Assembly: GCF_006345805.1 (NCBI RefSeq)
Contig: NC_043016.1
Location: 25,792,001 to 25,856,000 of the forward strand
Length of the DNA stretch: 64,000 nt
Direction: 5' to 3'
From: Octopus sinensis
Taxonomy: Eukaryota
Under the pieces are notes generated by a model, which saw nothing but the letters and a program-made list of their open reading frames with translations, was not told where the DNA came from and did no database searches. A program made the position numbers and the translations under genes. This document shows, piece by piece, positions 42,580 to 53,834 of the stretch (its first letter is position 1; each line of letters begins with the position of its first letter).

Positions 42580-43102
42580 CCATAAATCCTCGAGTATAAT
42601 CTGCATTTTTTTCCCAAAATTTAACGGTAAAAATCCCTAGTGCGTACTATATACGAGGTTAAAAAGGAAAAATATTCTCTAAGCAATGTCCGAGTCTCTA
42701 TTTGCTGTCCGGCAATGTTTATTCAGATGAATTTTAGTGATGTCGGGAGCGAAAATACCTTAAGCTAAGCCTGAAAGCAATGAAGTCATAAAAATATCAT
42801 CCATAACTTGCAGTAAGCAAAATTTATTAAAATAAAAGTTTTCAGAACACAGAATAACATGTAACAAAAACAATTTGCAAACATATTTACATTCCCATAT
42901 AACAGTTAAGAACATCACCATTATTGTACTACGCATGCGCGGAAGTGTTTGTTCAACTAGGTACTGCTGGCTTAATTATGCACGAATCAAGTTAGAGAAG
43001 GGGTGCATATTATACACAAGGTTTCTGTTTTTCAGAGATACAGCCCCTTAAAAATCCCCTGCGTATTATACTCAAGGGCGGACTATACTCGAGGATTTAC
43101 GT
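42580..43102. mobile_element. Tc1/mariner-pogo superfamily non-autonomous DNA transposon, 523 bp
   Basis: TIRs CCATAAATCCTCGAGTATAATCTGC / GCGGACTATACTCGAGGATTTACGT, TA on both sides, subterminal GCGTAyTATAC repeats. Confidence 0.85.
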
Positions 43103-43792
43103 TATTTCATGACAATATATGTTCATGTGTTGTTGAGGAGAGGCGAAATATTGGCACTGGTGTAAGAGAGACAAGACAAGGTACTTCATTACAGAACAAA
43201 TGAACAAAAGAGTACATATTTTTTTTTTGATATTCATTCTTCTTAATCAAAACACATTGCATCAAATAATTTTGATTCATTTTACTTTGGTTTCATTTAA
43301 AAGACAAACTAATACATATTTATATATGCAAAACACTAAGCTAACAGTTTTGATCTTTTTGATTTTTGCTTTTTGGTAAGACACTGTGAACTTTTAAATT
43401 ACTGGGTGTTTCCCCACACCCTTCCCTCCCTTTCTCTCTCTCTCTTTCTTTTTCTTTCTCTTTCTCTCTCTCTCTCTCTCTCTCCCTCCTTTAACTTTTA
43501 AAACAAATAGCGAAGTTGTCAAGAAAGATAAAGCTGACATGTTTGGTTTTTTCTGCTGATGGCAACTTGAATGCAGTGGTAATATGTGATGATAAAACTA
43601 ATCACAAAATGTAACATGACTAAGCCTAGCCCCATGTTGTTGTTTTTTTTATATATATAATAACAGACATGTAGAGAGAAAGAAATAACGAAAGGGAAAG
43701 GCAAAGAGAGAGAGGGGGAGAAAGGGGAGGAGGGGGAATGAGGGAACCCAAAGGTGTAGAAACAGACAGATAACAATGTCAACGGTGGTTGA

Positions 43793-43865
43793 GTGGTTGG
43801 TTGGTTGGTTGGTTGGTTGGTTGGTTGGTTGGTTGGTTGGTTGGTTGGTTGGTTGGTTGGTTGGA
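43793..43865. repeat. (GGTT)n microsatellite
   Basis: Direct inspection. Confidence 0.95.
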
Positions 43866-44061
43866 TGGATGGTCGAGTGGCTGGTAGGTTTGGTTGGTTG
43901 GTCAGGGGTAGGGGTTTGAAGGTAATGAGAAGGGGAAGGCTACCTCATTCGAGTATACAAGACTCTTTTAACACAACCGAAAATTTGTTATGTATAAATA
44001 CGTACAAATACATACATACATACATACATATATAAATATGTATATATATTATTATAATTAT

Positions 44062-44560
44062 TAGGGAATATTACTTCTAAGTAGACAGGAAAAAGACATT
44101 CAAATTAGGTGTACTAAAATGAACATCTCTCAATGTTTAATTCGTATATATAAAAGTATTTTAGAGATGGAACCACCTTCAACTCAATCAACACTGAAAG
44201 ATTTTATACCCGATCACTTAACATATTTGTATATTTTAAATAAGATTATAATGAAGATATAGAGTATCATGGAGGTATATAAGAGGTAGGGGTAGTGAAG
44301 AATGTTGAAGAATCCAGACCTGAAGATTGGGAGTATGTCGACCCGAATAAGTATTGAAACTAGACACCTCATATCTAATCAATACTGATGTACTTTCATG
44401 AAATACGTGTAGTCTTTTAAACAGAAAATATGGGATTCAGAATAGATATAGTTAGTATAAGATTTAATATTTAACATTTTATGGAGTGGTCAAGTATAAA
44501 ATCTTTCAGTGTTGATTGAGTTGAAGGTGGTTCTATCTCTAAAACTACTTTTATAAATAT
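44062..44560 (+). mobile_element. Fold-back Penelope-like pLTR element: about 70-bp inverted arms (44145-44218/44485-44558) enclosing a TATA motif and a hammerhead
   Basis: Arms are near-perfect reverse complements; flanked by (TA)n. Confidence 0.7.
44316..44415 (+). ncRNA. Minimal type I hammerhead ribozyme with conserved core intact
   Basis: Stem I AGAC/GTCT; CTGAAGA 44320-44326; long stem II (TGGGAGTATGTC/GATGTACTTTCA with G-U pairs, AGTATTGA/TCAATACT); GAAA 44400-44403; palindromic ACGT; GTA triplet 44409-44411. Confidence 0.7.
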
Positions 44561-44586
44561 GTATATATATATATATATATATATAT

Positions 44587-44980
44587 GGGTGCAGGAGTGG
44601 CTGTGTGGTAAGTAGCTTGCTTACCAACCACATGGTCCCGGGTTCAGTCCCACTGCGTGGCATCTTGGGCAAGTGTCTTCAGCTATAGCCCCGGGTCGAC
44701 CAATGCCTTGTGAGTGGATTTGGTAGACGGAAACTGAAAGAAGCCTGTCGTATATATGTATATATATATATGTGTGTGTTTGTGTGTCTGTGTTTGTCCC
44801 CCTAGCATTGCTTGACAACCGATGCTGGTGTGTTCACGTCCCCGTCACTTAGCGGTTCGGCAAAAAGGGATCGATAGAATAAGTACTGGGTACAAAGAAT
44901 AAGTCCCGGGGTCGATTTGCTCGACTAAAGGCGGTGCTCCAGCATGGTCACAGTCAAATGACTGAAACAAGTAAAAGGGT
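44587..44980 (+). mobile_element. Family A SINE, young full-length copy
   Basis: Complete head-to-tail, CpG intact. Confidence 0.9.
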
Positions 44981-44981
44981 A

Positions 44982-45013
<32 letters not shown>

Positions 45014-45598
45014 TTATATATTATATATATATATTCATACTCATGGCACTCCATCGATTATGATGACAAGGGTTCCAGTTGATTCGATCAATGGAACAGC
45101 CTGCTTGTGAAATTAACATGCAAGTGGCTGACCACTCCACAGACACATGCACCCTTAACATAGTTCTCGGGGAGATTCAGCATGACACAGAGTATGACAA
45201 AGCTAAAATACAGGTACAACAGAAACAGGAAGAAAGAGTGAGAGAATGTCATGGTGAAAGAGTACAGCAGGGTTCATCGCTGCCCTCTGTTAGAGCCTCA
45301 TGGAGCTTTAGCTGTTTTCGCTCAATAAAAACTCACAATGCCCAGACTAAGAATTGAAACCGCAATCCTAGGAATGCAAGTCTGCTGCCCTAACCACTGG
45401 CCCATTGCACTTCCGCTATATATTCAAACATAACATTGAGAACTGCCATTTTGTTGGTGAAGACATTTGGAGACATACTGTAATAAATTTTTTAATGATT
45501 CAATTTTGTAAATTTAATGACTCAAATGAAATTAACAAAGGAGAAAAAGAAAAGAGTTTTATTGAGAAGTTTGAAGCAGTTATATTAATTTGAATTTT

Positions 45599-45920
45599 CG
45601 TTTTTGGATTTGGTTTGCAAGATTTTTTATATGAGTTCGTGTGTTGAAGCATATACTGTTGTGTCTGGGAGAGTAATTTTCTTTTTGTATCTTATGATTT
45701 AACACACTCACCAGTAAAATTTCCACTTATTCCTTATTTTTATTTTCATGAAATTTTCGTTACGTCTTGCAACCTTTTCAATAGTCTTGACTATTGAAAA
45801 AGTTGCAAAATACAACGAAAATTTTAAGAAAATAAAAATAAGAAATAAGTGGAAATTTTACCGGTGAGTGTGTTAAATCATAAGGTACAAAAAAAAAATG
45901 ACTCTCCCCAGACACAACAG
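45599..45920. mobile_element. Fold-back insertion: 131/132-bp inverted arms (45656-45786/45789-45920), 2-nt loop, 57-nt unpaired extension, 12-bp TSD
   Basis: AATTTGAATTTT at 45587-45598 and 45921-45932; arms read as imperfect reverse complements. Confidence 0.8.
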
Positions 45921-47000
45921 AATTTGAATTTTGTTTGATTTTAAAATAAATTCACTTACAAACTAGTGTAATACAGTAAATATAATCTCCCTTTAATTAT
46001 ATAACAATACCTTATATAGTCATGGTAATAGTTACTGTTGCTATATAAATATTCATCTTCTCAATTACATAGTTTTTCAGTTCAGTTTCACTGGGAGTTC
46101 AGTCTCATTAGGTGAGTACCTTTTGTTATAACTTAAGGCCAATCAAAACTTTGTAACTGCATTTGTAAAACAGATACTGCAAGAGGCCTGTCAGCTACAT
46201 GCCTTTGTGTGCATGCACACATGTGCGCACGCATGTGTGCATGTGTGTGTGTGCATGTGCATGTGTATGTGTGTGTGTGCACACAAGCACACAAACATGT
46301 GTAATATATTTTCAGGAACTGAACCTTTCAGGTGAAATGACAAAGGACCAAGAGGCCTGGTACCTTGTACTCAAGAAGACTTGTAATCTGCAGCAGAAAT
46401 GTTAAGACCAGTCCCTCAGGTGGTGTAGAGCACTTGTGGAAGTGCCACATAAAAGTGTCTCTGCGGTATCATGTAAAAGTGCTTGTGTGGTGCCACATAA
46501 ACACACCCATGTGGTAGAATATAAAAGCACCCAGCATACTCTGTAAGTGGTTAGTTGGAAAAGGCATCCAGCCATAGAGACATCCAGCTGTAGAATCCAT
46601 GCCAAATCAGAACAGAGTCAGGTGCAGCTCCCTGCTTGCCAACTCTGGTCAAACTGTCCATGCCATTACAGCACGGACAATAGACTTTAAATGATGCTGA
46701 ACATGATTATTATGATCATGACAGTCATGATACATGCGTGTTTGTGCGTGGGCACTTGACTGGCAGAGGGAACAGGTGCCAAAGTATGAAGTCTTTTGAC
46801 ATGCCTTTTCCATCCTCCAACTGAAAGGCACACCTTTCCACAAGTTGCATATGTTCTTTTGTGAACAATAGCTGTATCACAATTTACAAAAGGTTGATTC
46901 CTGTAAGTTTTCTGTTGGCTGACCAGGCCTGCCTGGCTCAAGCATTTTCTCCCTCAAATCACACGCATAAAAAGCAACACTTCCCCATTTTCTCTTGATC

Positions 47001-47035
<35 letters not shown>

Positions 47036-47168
47036 TGTATAATTATGATTAACTATAATTATAATAGAGGGCACACAAGGCGCCTACTTACTGGAAAGAG
47101 GAGCTAAATCCTCAAGTAAACCACCAAATTACACTGAAATACACAACAGATCAACAGAAATGAGACAA

Positions 47169-47400
47169 GGCGGTGAGCTGGCAGAAATGTTACCATGCCG
47201 GGCAAAATGCTTAGCAGTATTTTGTCTGCCGTTATGTTCTGAGTTCAAATTCCACCAAGGTTGATTTTGCCTTTCATCCTTTTGGGGTCGATAAATTAAG
47301 TACCAGTTACGCACTGGGGTCGATTTTATCGACTTAATCCCTTTGTCTGTCCTTGTTTGTCCCCTCTATGTTTAGCCCCTTGTGGGCAGTAAAGAAATAA
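47169..47400 (+). mobile_element. Family B SINE with an about 13-bp TSD
   Basis: GAAATgAGACAAG / GAAATcAGACAAG flanks. Confidence 0.9.
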
Positions 47401-47420
47401 GAAATCAGACAAGTGAGTAA

Positions 47421-47759
47421 ATCATCATCATCATCATCATTTAGCGTCCGCTTTCCATGCTAGCATGGGTTGGACGGTTCAACTGGGGTCTGGGAAGCCA
47501 GAAGGCTGCACCAGGCCCAGTCTGATCTGGCAATGTTTCTACGGCTGGATGCCCTTCCTAACGCCAACCACTCCGTGAGTGTAGTGGGTGCTTTTTACGT
47601 GCCAGGCAAGGCTGGCAACGGCCACAAACTGATGGTGCTTTTTACGTGCCACCGGCACGAGGCCAGTCAGGGCAGCAGGTGGCACGTAAAAAGAACCATC
47701 CGTTCGTGGCCATTGCCAGCTTGCCTGGCCCCCGTACCGGTGGCACGTAAAAAGCACCT
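47421..47759 (-). mobile_element. RTE LINE 3'UTR fragment with an inverted 5' segment
   Basis: (CAT)n tail; TTTTTACGTGCCAC switches to GTGGCACGTAAAAA at about 47679. Confidence 0.85.
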
Positions 47760-47823
47760 ATCAAAATCATCACAGATCAAAGCTGTAGAATGAAAAGTCA
47801 GATATATATTTTTTCATATAGTA

Positions 47824-47880
47824 ATGTTTGCCGAGGAGAGTTGAGGCACTAGCCAGAACTTGAAATCATGATCCAAGTAT
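47824..47880 (+). ncRNA. Minimal type I hammerhead ribozyme (U4 changed to C)
   Basis: Stem I ATGTTTG/CAAGTAT; CCGAGGA; stem II GAGTT/AACTT; GAAA; T-CATG-A palindromic stem III; ATC triplet ending at 47873. Confidence 0.65.
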
Positions 47881-48458
47881 ATCCAATTTCTCATTCTTTG
47901 ATCTGTGATGATTTTGATAATCTCTATTCACTTGCCCGATTTCTGTTAATCCATTGTGTATTTCAGTGTGATTCAGTGGTTTACTTGAGTATTTAGCTCC
48001 TCTTTCCACCAAGTAGGCAACTCATTTGCTCTCTATTGTAATTATAGTTAATTATAATTATAAATATTTTATTCTCTAGCTATTTAATGCTGTTATTACT
48101 TGCCATCACCTATATTTTTGTTGTTGTTATTAGCAATTATTTAAATTTACCGCTGATAATAATAACAATAAAAGTATCTATATAAATATTCATTTGAAAA
48201 TTTACTCCTTATATATATATATATATATTCTATAATTATAATTAGGGTTTAGCAAAATTTGTTTCACCACATACTGAAATTTAGAAATAGCAGTTAAAAA
48301 CTACTATTCTACTACTATAAGATATCTCCCAGATATGTGGTGAAGCAAATTTTGCTGAACCCTAATTATAATTATATTCATAATTATAGAATTTTTGTAT
48401 AAGTTTACTGATAATGGTTCTTTTAAAATACCAAACGACTTAGTGAAATTATTAATTA

Positions 48459-50257
48459 CTAGCAGTATCACCCAGCGTTGCTCGGGTTTGTAAGGGAAAT
48501 AACTACATAAGCATTTTTAGAGAGTTACTGCCCTTATATAACCCGAGCAAAAAACATTAAAAATGCGGAAAAATGATGGTAAATTTTTTTTAAATCGTAG
48601 ACGCGCGCTAATACCCAGAAAGGCTCGATATGAATGACGACTATAAGATACCCGCTTTTGGTTAAACTGCACCGCAAAATGTGGGAGTAGTTAGGAATCC
48701 AAGTCGGAGGAGACAGAGTCTCACACACACAACTTCAATTTTATATATAACTAGCAGTATCGCCTGGCGTTGCTCGGGTTTGTAAGGGAAATAACTATAT
48801 AAGCATTTTTAGTGAGTTATAGCAAAAAAATAGCAAAAAATGCATTAAAAATGGAATAAAAAATGATGGTAATTTTTTTAAAATCGTTGACTCATTGTAG
48901 ACATTTTTAGAGAGTTACTTCCCTTATATAATAGCGAAAAATGCATTAAAATGGAATAAAAAATGATGGTAATTTTTTTTTTAATCGTTGACTCATCGTA
49001 GACATTTTTAGAGAGTTACTTCCCTTATATGATAGCGAAAAATGCATTAAAATGGAATAAAAAATTATGGTAAATTTTTTTTTAAATCGTAGACTCATCG
49101 TAGACGTGCGCTAATACCCAGAAGGGCTCGATATGAATCACGACTATAAGATACACTGCACCGCAAAATGTGGGAGTAGTTAGGAATCTAAATCGTAGGA
49201 GACAGACACACAACCTTACTTTTATATATAAAGACTAGCAGTATCGCCCGGCGTTGCTCGGGTTTGTAAGGGAAATAACTATATAAGCATTGTTAGAGAG
49301 TTACTTCCCTTATAAATTCGGGCTTTCTTAGCCATTTTTGTTTTGGTGTCTTCAAGCCATGAAGTCGTTGTTCTAAAAGAACGCTGGTTTCCTTCACAAC
49401 GCATTACGACGTTGATTTCTTTACACTCCCTTTCCCACAGCTTCACGAGGGAGGGAAGGGGGAGAAGCAAACAGGTGCAGCTGTGAGCGTGGACGCCAAC
49501 TCCGCCGCCATCGACACACAAAAAATTATGCATTAAAATGGAATAAAAAATGATGTTAAATTATTTTTTAAATCGTAGACTCATCGTTGACGCGCGATAA
49601 TAGTCAGACGGGCTCGATATGAATCACGACTATAAGATACCCGAATTTGGTTAAACTGCACCGCAAAATGTGGGAGGAGTTAGGAATCTAAATCGAAGGG
49701 GACAGACACTCACACAACTAGAGTTTTATATATATAGATTTGTGCAACAACTAAAACATTCGGTTGTGCAAATTGTTTGCACAGGAAACCTGCCCTGTGT
49801 GGCGGTAATTGCCGTTTTTGTGGATCTGTTTCAGCTTTTTTAGCGATTTCTGTTTTGGCGACTTCAAGCCATGAAGTCGTTGTTCTAAAAGAACGCTGGT
49901 CTCCTTGACAACGCATTACGACGTTGATTTCCTTACACTCCCTTCCCCACAGCTTCATGAGGAAGGGAAGAAGGGGGAGAAGCAACACAGGTGCAGCTGT
50001 GAGCGTGGACGCCAACTCCGCCGCCATCGACACACGAAAAAATATGCATTAAAATGGAATAAAAAATGATGTTAAATTATTTTTAAAATCGTAGACTCAT
50101 CGTAGACGCGCGCTAATACCCAGACAAGCTCGATATGAATCACGACTATAAGATACCCGAATTTGGTTAAACTGCACCACAAAATGTGGGAGTAGTTAGG
50201 AATCTAAATCGAAGGGGACAGACATTCACACAACTACAGTTTTATATATATAGAAGA
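48459..50257 (-). mobile_element. Head-to-tail array of four non-autonomous Helitron units
   Basis: Minus strand 5'-TC(T)TATATAT starts; CCCGAGCAACGCCGGG hairpin followed by CTAG 3' ends at 48459, 48751, 49235; array sits between A and T with no TSD. Confidence 0.85.
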
Positions 50258-50486
50258 TTAATTAATTAATTAATTTTACCCTTTATTATTATTATTATTA
50301 TCATTATTATTATTATCATCATTATTATTATTATTATATACACACACATCTATATATTCATAGATATATAGATGTCGTTTTTGACACCACTCATGTCTGA
50401 GTTTTATTCATCTAGTGTTTCCATGATGCTTAAACCTGACATGGTTCAGAAGACCAAGTCGGGAATTAGACAATCTTAAACACTGA

Positions 50487-50613
50487 TCACATGACAGGGC
50501 AGGTAGTGGTCTTGGCTGGAGTTGCTGGGCCTTGTGTTACCTTTTTTTTTTGCTTCTTCTTCTTCAGTCTTTCTCTTCTCAAAAGTGGAATAGCTGTAAT
50601 GAATTGCTCTTCA
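50487..50613 (-). CDS. Candidate terminal exon encoding EEQFITAIPLLRRERLKKKKQKKKVTQGPATPAKTTTCPVM* (polybasic tract plus CaaX), with an internal donor at 50541
   Basis: (TG)nTAG acceptor, AAG|GTAACA internal donor, CPVM-stop, AATAAA about 80 nt downstream (50403-50408); unique sequence. Confidence 0.5.
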
Positions 50614-50969
50614 CTACACACACACACATGTATGATATGTATGTACATATGTATGTTCACTTTGTTCTTATTAATTGAAATTCTTTTTAGAAAGGTGGAG
50701 CTAGTTTTTAATTGAACTGTAGACAAGACTTGCATATTTTTACTATTCTACTTACAGACTGTAACTGTAAAGTATGTGTTTCTTTGCTTGAAAAATCCTG
50801 GCTTTTCCAAATTATCACTTCAACATTTACTAACATAAGTAAGTGCTTCAGTAATTATTGATATGTATGTAAATTTATAATCAGGATAGAGGAGCTGCAT
50901 GTTTTGAAGCAGTAGTCTATAGATATTTTCCCTGAGAGCTGGCTTTGGAAGAGGTCTTTTATCTCATAT

Positions 50970-51447
50970 ATTTTACATGTTTCAGTCATTAGACTGGGTT
51001 GAATGAATCAACCCCAGAGCTTATTTTATTTTTAAGCTTGGTACTTATTCTATTGATCTCTTTTTGTCAAACCACTAAGTTTACGGGGTCTAAACATACC
51101 ACAGGTTGTCAAGCAGTGGTGGGGGACAAACACACACACACACATGTGCATGCACATACACACACATTCATGCACACACATGTATGCATGCACGCACACA
51201 CATACATATGTGAATGTGCGCGTCCACACACACTGCAGATGTACACAAGCATGCACACAGACACACACACACACACACACACAATGGGGTTTTTTTCAGT
51301 TTCTGTCTACCAAATCCACTCACAAGTCTTTCGTTGGCCTGAAGCTACAGCAGAACACACTCGCCCTATGTGAGACTGAACACAGCAAGACTGAACTCAG
51401 GACCATGTGGTCAGAAAGCAAGCTTCTTACCACACAGCCAAGCCTGT
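50970..51447 (-). mobile_element. Family A SINE with an expanded internal (CA)n
   Basis: Reverse-complement head and tail. Confidence 0.75.
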
Positions 51448-51469
51448 GTCTGCATGTTCATATCTGCCG

Positions 51470-51950
51470 GGGCAGCTAACTGGGTTCATAAAGGAGGTCA
51501 TCAGGAAGTGAGTGTTTCTTGCGGAGTTCACTACCAATTTGCAGGATGTTGTTCTCTTCATTTTTGAGCAGTTGGTTAATATTTTTTATTTTTGGTGTTG
51601 TTTAGCAGATGCTGTGTGAATGATAACACATGGCACACAAAGTCTGTCTGTACTGATTTTAAGCCCCTTCCTCCCTCTTTTCTTCAGTCAATATAACTGT
51701 TTCTGTGGAAGTTTGCAGTTGGTGTCAGGATCTTGTAGGTTTTAATTCCCATGAAGCGGATTTCCTCTATAGACCTGTCAACTATCCCAAATGTTGGAAT
51801 CAGTACTGGTACTGCAAATGTATTGTGGTATATTGTCATGTTCTAAGAGAAAAACTCTGACAACCATATCTTTTTTAGTCTGGTAAAATATTCTTTGGTT
51901 ATTCTATCTTTGTCCACAGTACCTTTGATATATGTTCATTAATACCTAGG
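51470..51950 (-). pseudogene. Decayed RT C-terminal fragment of an R4/Dong-type non-LTR retrotransposon
   Basis: Minus translation YLG...RITKEYFTRLKKIW...HNTFAVPVLIPTFG...EGGRGL. Confidence 0.65.
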
Positions 51951-51952
51951 TG

Positions 51953-51986
<34 letters not shown>

Positions 51987-52339
51987 TGTATGTATGTATG
52001 TATGTATGTATGTATGTATGTATGTATGTCTGTATGTATTTATGTATGTATGTAGGTAGGTATGTATGTATTTATATATGTATATAGGTATGTGTGTGTG
52101 TGTGTATGTATGTACGTATGTATGTCATTATTCAATTTTATTTCAAGATTTGTCAATTGAGAAAGAGCCAGTCTAAGGCTCCTTTATTAGAATTTCAACA
52201 ACTTCAGCAGGGTATGTATGTATGTATGTATGTATGTATGCATGTATGTATGTTTGCATACATGCATGCATGTATGTATGTATGTATGCATGCAAACATG
52301 CATGTATGTATGTATTCTCATGCATATAGTTGCATATCT

Positions 52340-53780
52340 AGATAGGCTCATATATATACTTAAATGATAAATTTCTGGAAGGTTTTACAGATTTTTACAG
52401 TTCCAGTGATGGATTAGATCTGTAATCTTTTAATCAGTTTTCTCCGTTCTGGTTTTCAGAAGCCTAATTTCTCAAGATTAATTTTTAGGCAGTGTGTTAC
52501 ATATCCCAGGACCCCAATAATTACAGATATAAACCTGAACTTGTAATCTGGATAGCGTAACTGCAGATTTCTCGGTAGTTTAGCATAGGTATTTTCTGTT
52601 TTGCTGATCTTTATCTTTATGTTAACATCTGCTGGGCAGCTTGATTTCCACAACTGTACACAGTTTCTCTTCTCTATCCAAAATTATTACATTATATTTA
52701 TATTTTATTGAAGTCTATTATATTTATATTTTATTGAAGTCTATTATATTTATATTTTATTGAAGTTTTCACTGGATCATCTCACCAGGACTCCATTTTA
52801 TTATGAGTGGTTATGGCTTTATGTATATATGTATGTATGTTTTTTCCATTTTTAAATTATTATAAATCTTCCACTGAGGAGGGACCCAGTTTCCAACAAA
52901 GATACAAGGCTCCATCTTTAGGATGTAGTTAACACAGACAAATTCACATCTGGAACTTGAGAAAAGTCTTGCATATTTTTACTGTTCCACTGTTCCATTG
53001 GACTTATAATTTATGAATCAGCTGGTCAATATCTCATTCTGAAAATCCCACTTTATCCAGATTCTCCTTTAAGCATTTACTAACAAAACCTAGTGCTCCA
53101 ATTATTATTGGTATGAATATGAAATCCTTGTCTGGATACAGAAGCTGTAGCTTTTGAAGCAGTTGTCTATAGATATCCCCTTTTTCTTTGATTTTCAAAG
53201 AAATATTTATGTCTGCAGGGCAGCTAACCTCTATGATGGTACATACCTTTGCCCCTGTGTCCCAAACAGCAAAATCCGGCTTGATGTGCTTACATTTGAC
53301 AGAAATTTTGATGGGAATATTCCACCAGTATTCTTTGAGTTGGTGTTTATGAATGTATTCTATAACAGAGGAATTTTCTAAGTTTATTTCAAGACAGTCT
53401 TTTTTGGCAGATGGCATTGTAAATTGTTTTAGCAACAACATTGTGAATCATAAGGAGGTAGTACCATGATGATATTTTAGGACAGCTGCTAATCACATAC
53501 ATAATGTGTTCCACAGAAACATGACATAGCCAACACATGCAGTTGCACCTTGGGATTACAAGAGTGTCACTGTCTCTCTTGTTCACAAGGTACTCTGTGG
53601 CAATCCCCTGTTCCTGGATTGCAAATGTATAACCTTCAAAGTGTGTGATGAAGTGGTCTTGTGTCCAAGAGAAACTGCTCTTCTTCAAGCCTCTGGGCAA
53701 CATACCCATGTATGGTCTTTTTTCGTATGCTGAGTGCTTTCCATCCAGGTCTTCTCTGAGGTAAGAGAGCCCAGCTGTTT
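52340..53780 (-). pseudogene. Two 3' fragments of R4/Dong-type retrotransposons (CCHC knuckle plus restriction-like endonuclease)
   Basis: CWLC...EHIMYVISSC knuckle; KPDFAVWD...IIEVSCP...KEK..Y..L...IPIIIGALG PD-(D/E)xK motif; second RLE copy at 52456-52680. Confidence 0.8.
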
Positions 53781-53834
53781 TGGGGCTGTATTGGAGATCA
53801 TCAGGAAGAGAGTGGTGTTTATGTATGTATGTCA

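Larger units (their letters stand above)
47040..48210 (+). mobile_element. Fold-back Penelope-like element with a hammerhead in the loop; left arm interrupted by a family B SINE and an RTE tail
   Basis: 47040-47168 plus 47401-47420 plus 47760-47800 is the reverse complement of about 47880-48060; single-arm paralog at 61395-61640. Confidence 0.7.

Noticed and set aside
49279-50033. Paralogous 84 and 107 aa ORFs
   Set aside because: They lie in duplicated Helitron cargo; no RepHel or other recognisable motifs.
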